The notes under the pieces are model-generated. The model made no database searches. It had not been told where the DNA came from and worked only from the letters and a program-made list of their open reading frames with translations. The position numbers and the translations under genes were made by a program. From the NCBI GenBank assembly GCA_040899885.1, contig JBBDZZ010000040.1:1-36181 (forward strand): a DNA stretch of 36,181 nt, in the 5' to 3' direction. Positions 34,288 through 36,181 of this stretch are shown here, one piece after another. The DNA is from Chloroflexota bacterium (GTDB lineage Bacteria; Chloroflexota; Limnocylindria; Limnocylindrales; CSP1-4). Position 1 is the first letter of the stretch, and each line of letters opens with the position of its first letter.

Positions 34288-35355
34288 CTAGCGGACGCCG
34301 GCCGGCACGAGGGCCGGCTCGGCGACGCGGACGAGCGTTTCCTTCATCAACAGGGTGACGGTCGCGATCGCGGTGAAGCCCGCCTCCTCGAGCCGGCGAT
34401 CGGTCGGGGCCTCGTAGGTCCTGACCGGCGCGATGACCCCATGGTCGTGACGATGATCGGCGCCGCGTTGCGTCCGCGCCGCGATGACACCCAGACCGTA
34501 ACGGACGAGCGGCGACCCGTCGACGCCCGGCCGCACGAGCACCTTGAGGTAGTGGGGCTGGTCCTCCTTCGCCACCCCGACCTGGAGGAACCCGTCGAGC
34601 AGCGTTCCGTCCTTGCCGCCGTCCGGCGACTCCTGGACGAACCCCTCGACGTCGGCGAACCTGAGAATCGGCGCGAGACTGGACCGCGGAACCCGCCACT
34701 GGTTTCCCTGCCGCTCCCAGTCGGCGAGGCGGACGGCTTCGAGCCGCTGGACGGGCTGGGGCGTCACCGTCGCGTACAGCCGGGCGATCGCGAGAGCATC
34801 GGCCGGGTTGGCCGGCCGGATCCCCTGGGCCGCTGCGTCCGAATCCGAGATGGGCTTGGGGAGCGCGGCCGTTGCCGGCCGGAAGAGCACGATCTCGTCG
34901 CCGTACCGGGCGAAGCCCGCCTGCATGAACAGCTCCACGTTGCCGTCCGCGTCGGCGCACGCAACGTGGAAGCGCGCCGCTCCGCGCTTGGCGCCCTCGC
35001 GCAGGAGCTGCTGAACGAGCCGGAACCGGACGTCCCCGGCGTAGCCGTTCCCGACGGCATCGAGCTCCACGATCGTCCACTCGTCGCGGAACGTCTCGCG
35101 CTCCACCCGGATGAGCCCCGCGAGGCGGCGCTGCTCCTCGTACACGAACAGGAGGTCGTGCGGCCGGAACGCACCCAGTGGCAGCCGGAACAGGCTGAAC
35201 ACGCCGATCGGCGGGCCGCTCACCGGCAGGCCGAGCGAGCGCGTCTCCGTGCCTTCTCCCTGGGAGAGCCGTGACAGCTCACCGAGCGCCGCGAGGTCGG
35301 TCAGGCGGGCGGGTCGGACCTTGCCGCTGACCCGACCGGTGCGTGGCTCGGTCAT
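34288..35355 (-). CDS. Two-domain GNAT-family N-acetyltransferase
   Basis: 355 aa. The first GNAT core is IVELDAVGNGYAGDVRFRLVQQLLREGAKRGAARFHVACADADGNVELFMQAGF (acetyl-CoA motif A-like). A second GNAT-like half begins IRPANPADALAIARLY. ATGA overlap with the pdxT stop (35352-35355). Confidence 0.8.
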   Translation of the reverse strand: MTEPRTGRVSGKVRPARLTDLAALGELSRLSQGEGTETRSLGLPVSGPPIGVFSLFRLPLGAFRPHDLLFVYEEQRRLAGLIRVERETFRDEWTIVELDAVGNGYAGDVRFRLVQQLLREGAKRGAARFHVACADADGNVELFMQAGFARYGDEIVLFRPATAALPKPISDSDAAAQGIRPANPADALAIARLYATVTPQPVQRLEAVRLADWERQGNQWRVPRSSLAPILRFADVEGFVQESPDGGKDGTLLDGFLQVGVAKEDQPHYLKVLVRPGVDGSPLVRYGLGVIAARTQRGADHRHDHGVIAPVRTYEAPTDRRLEEAGFTAIATVTLLMKETLVRVAEPALVPAGVR

Positions 35356-35990
35356 CGGGCGGGCTTCGCGCGGCGGGTCGGGTGCGGCCGGCGGCCCGCG
35401 CCTTCGCCCGGGTCGTCGTGCTCCGAGGCCATCGTTGCCACGAGGCGGTGGAATCGAGTCTCGCCCGCGAGCTCCGGATGGAACGCCGTCGCGATGATGT
35501 TCCGTTCGCGAACCGCGACGACACGGCCGTCGTCGAGCGTGGCGAGGACGTCGACGTTCGGGCCGGTTCGGTCGACGAGCGGCGCCCTGATGAAAACTCC
35601 GTGGACAGGCTGCGCGCCGAGGACGGGCACGGACAAGTCCGCCTCGAACGACTCGAGCTGTCGCCCGAAGGCGTTCCGCTCGACCGTGATGTCGAGGAGC
35701 GGCAGGATCGGCGGCTCGCCGCCGGCGATCTCATCGGCGAGCACGATCATCCCGGCGCAGGTCCCGAACAGCGGAGCGCCACGCTCTGCGAGGTCGAGAA
35801 TCGGCCCGGCGAGGCCCCACCGATCGATGAGGCGGCGCATCGTCGTCGACTCGCCACCCGGCAGGATGAGGCCGCTGATCCCGTCGAGGTCGGCCGGCAG
35901 CGGCGCCGGGACGCCCTCGACGCCGATCGCTTTGAGCGTCTCCAGGTGCTCCCTGAACGCGCCCTGAAGCGCCAGCACCCCGATCTTCAT
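35352..35990 (-). CDS. pdxT: Pyridoxal 5'-phosphate synthase glutaminase subunit
   Basis: MKIGVLALQGAFREHLETL..GLILPGGESTTM..PLFGTCAGMIVLA..TAFHPEL carries the canonical PdxT triad context (C, H, E). About 25 aa of basic C-terminal tail lie beyond the conserved core. Confidence 0.93.
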   Translation of the reverse strand: MKIGVLALQGAFREHLETLKAIGVEGVPAPLPADLDGISGLILPGGESTTMRRLIDRWGLAGPILDLAERGAPLFGTCAGMIVLADEIAGGEPPILPLLDITVERNAFGRQLESFEADLSVPVLGAQPVHGVFIRAPLVDRTGPNVDVLATLDDGRVVAVRERNIIATAFHPELAGETRFHRLVATMASEHDDPGEGAGRRPHPTRRAKPAR

Positions 35991-35998
35991 GGAGGTGC

Positions 35999-36181
35999 CT
36001 ACCAGCCCCGGACGGCCAGGCGCTCCTGCTCCGGGATCGCCTCGAGGGTCAAGCCGCGCATCGGCGCGCCGAGTCCCTTCGAGACCTCCGCGACAATCGA
36101 CGGATTGTCGAAGTGCGTCGTGGCCTGGACGATCGCGTTGGCCGTCCGGGCCGGATCCTCGCTCTTGAAGATGCCGGAGCC
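35999..36181 (-). CDS. pdxS: Pyridoxal 5'-phosphate synthase lyase subunit, C-terminal fragment (5' end off window)
   Basis: Reverse translation gives GSGIFKSEDPARTANAIVQATTHFDNPSIVAEVSKGLGAPMRGLTLEAIPEQERLAVRGW followed by TAG (36001..35999). This is a characteristic PdxS C-terminus. Confidence 0.9.
   Translation of the reverse strand, partial: GSGIFKSEDPARTANAIVQATTHFDNPSIVAEVSKGLGAPMRGLTLEAIPEQERLAVRGW

Noticed and set aside
1-36181. CRISPR arrays, tRNA/rRNA genes, IS elements, integrases, prophage or classical defence systems
   Set aside because: No spaced identical direct repeats were seen beyond the coding 21-nt and 50-nt repeats described above. No cloverleaf-like sequences were seen in the few intergenic gaps. 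No transposase, integrase, nuclease or helicase-type defence motifs appear in any credible CDS.

Overview
Very GC-rich window, roughly 70% by eye (not computed). It is densely coding: I call 36 CDS, 32 of them on the minus strand, and many adjacent pairs share 4-nt ATGA/GTGA stop-start overlaps. I saw no rRNA, tRNA, CRISPR array, transposase or integrase. Content is mostly core and cell-envelope functions of a high-GC monoderm-type bacterium. The combination of GuaB3, Ppm1-like GT2, an F420-type DDN-like protein and a DinB protein with DarA/YaaQ, MreBC, a CgeB-like GT and a Ycf45/SpoIIIAA-like ATPase suggests deep-branching Actinomycetota or Chloroflexota (inference only). From the high-coordinate end, the minus strand carries: pdxS-pdxT, a GNAT, an R3H AAA ATPase, a CgeB-like GT, a Zn-ribbon methyltransferase, tmk, darA, a DinB-like protein, a NUDIX hydrolase, guaB3, a DDN-like protein, an SRPBCC protein and guaA. 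These are followed by five uncharacterised zinc-ribbon/membrane genes, a CPBP protease, radC, mreB-mreC, rmlA-B-D-C, an ECF sigma/anti-sigma pair, two large secreted proteins and a Ppm1-like GT2. The plus strand carries only an orphan 281-aa gene, a GAF-GGDEF cyclase and a periplasmic protein plus NicO/RcnA-type transporter pair. The best candidates for undescribed biology are: (1) the five-gene zinc-ribbon/membrane cluster at 16287-20647; (2) the ECF sigma/propeller anti-sigma module with a secreted protein that has a possible clan-CD-like His/Cys pattern and three copies of an unnamed ~119-aa repeat; (3) the R3H AAA ATPase with a ~225-aa RG-rich insertion; (4) the orphan gene between radC and mreB. 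No recognisable defence or mobile system is visible. All functional calls rest on motif recognition by eye and need HMM or structure confirmation.
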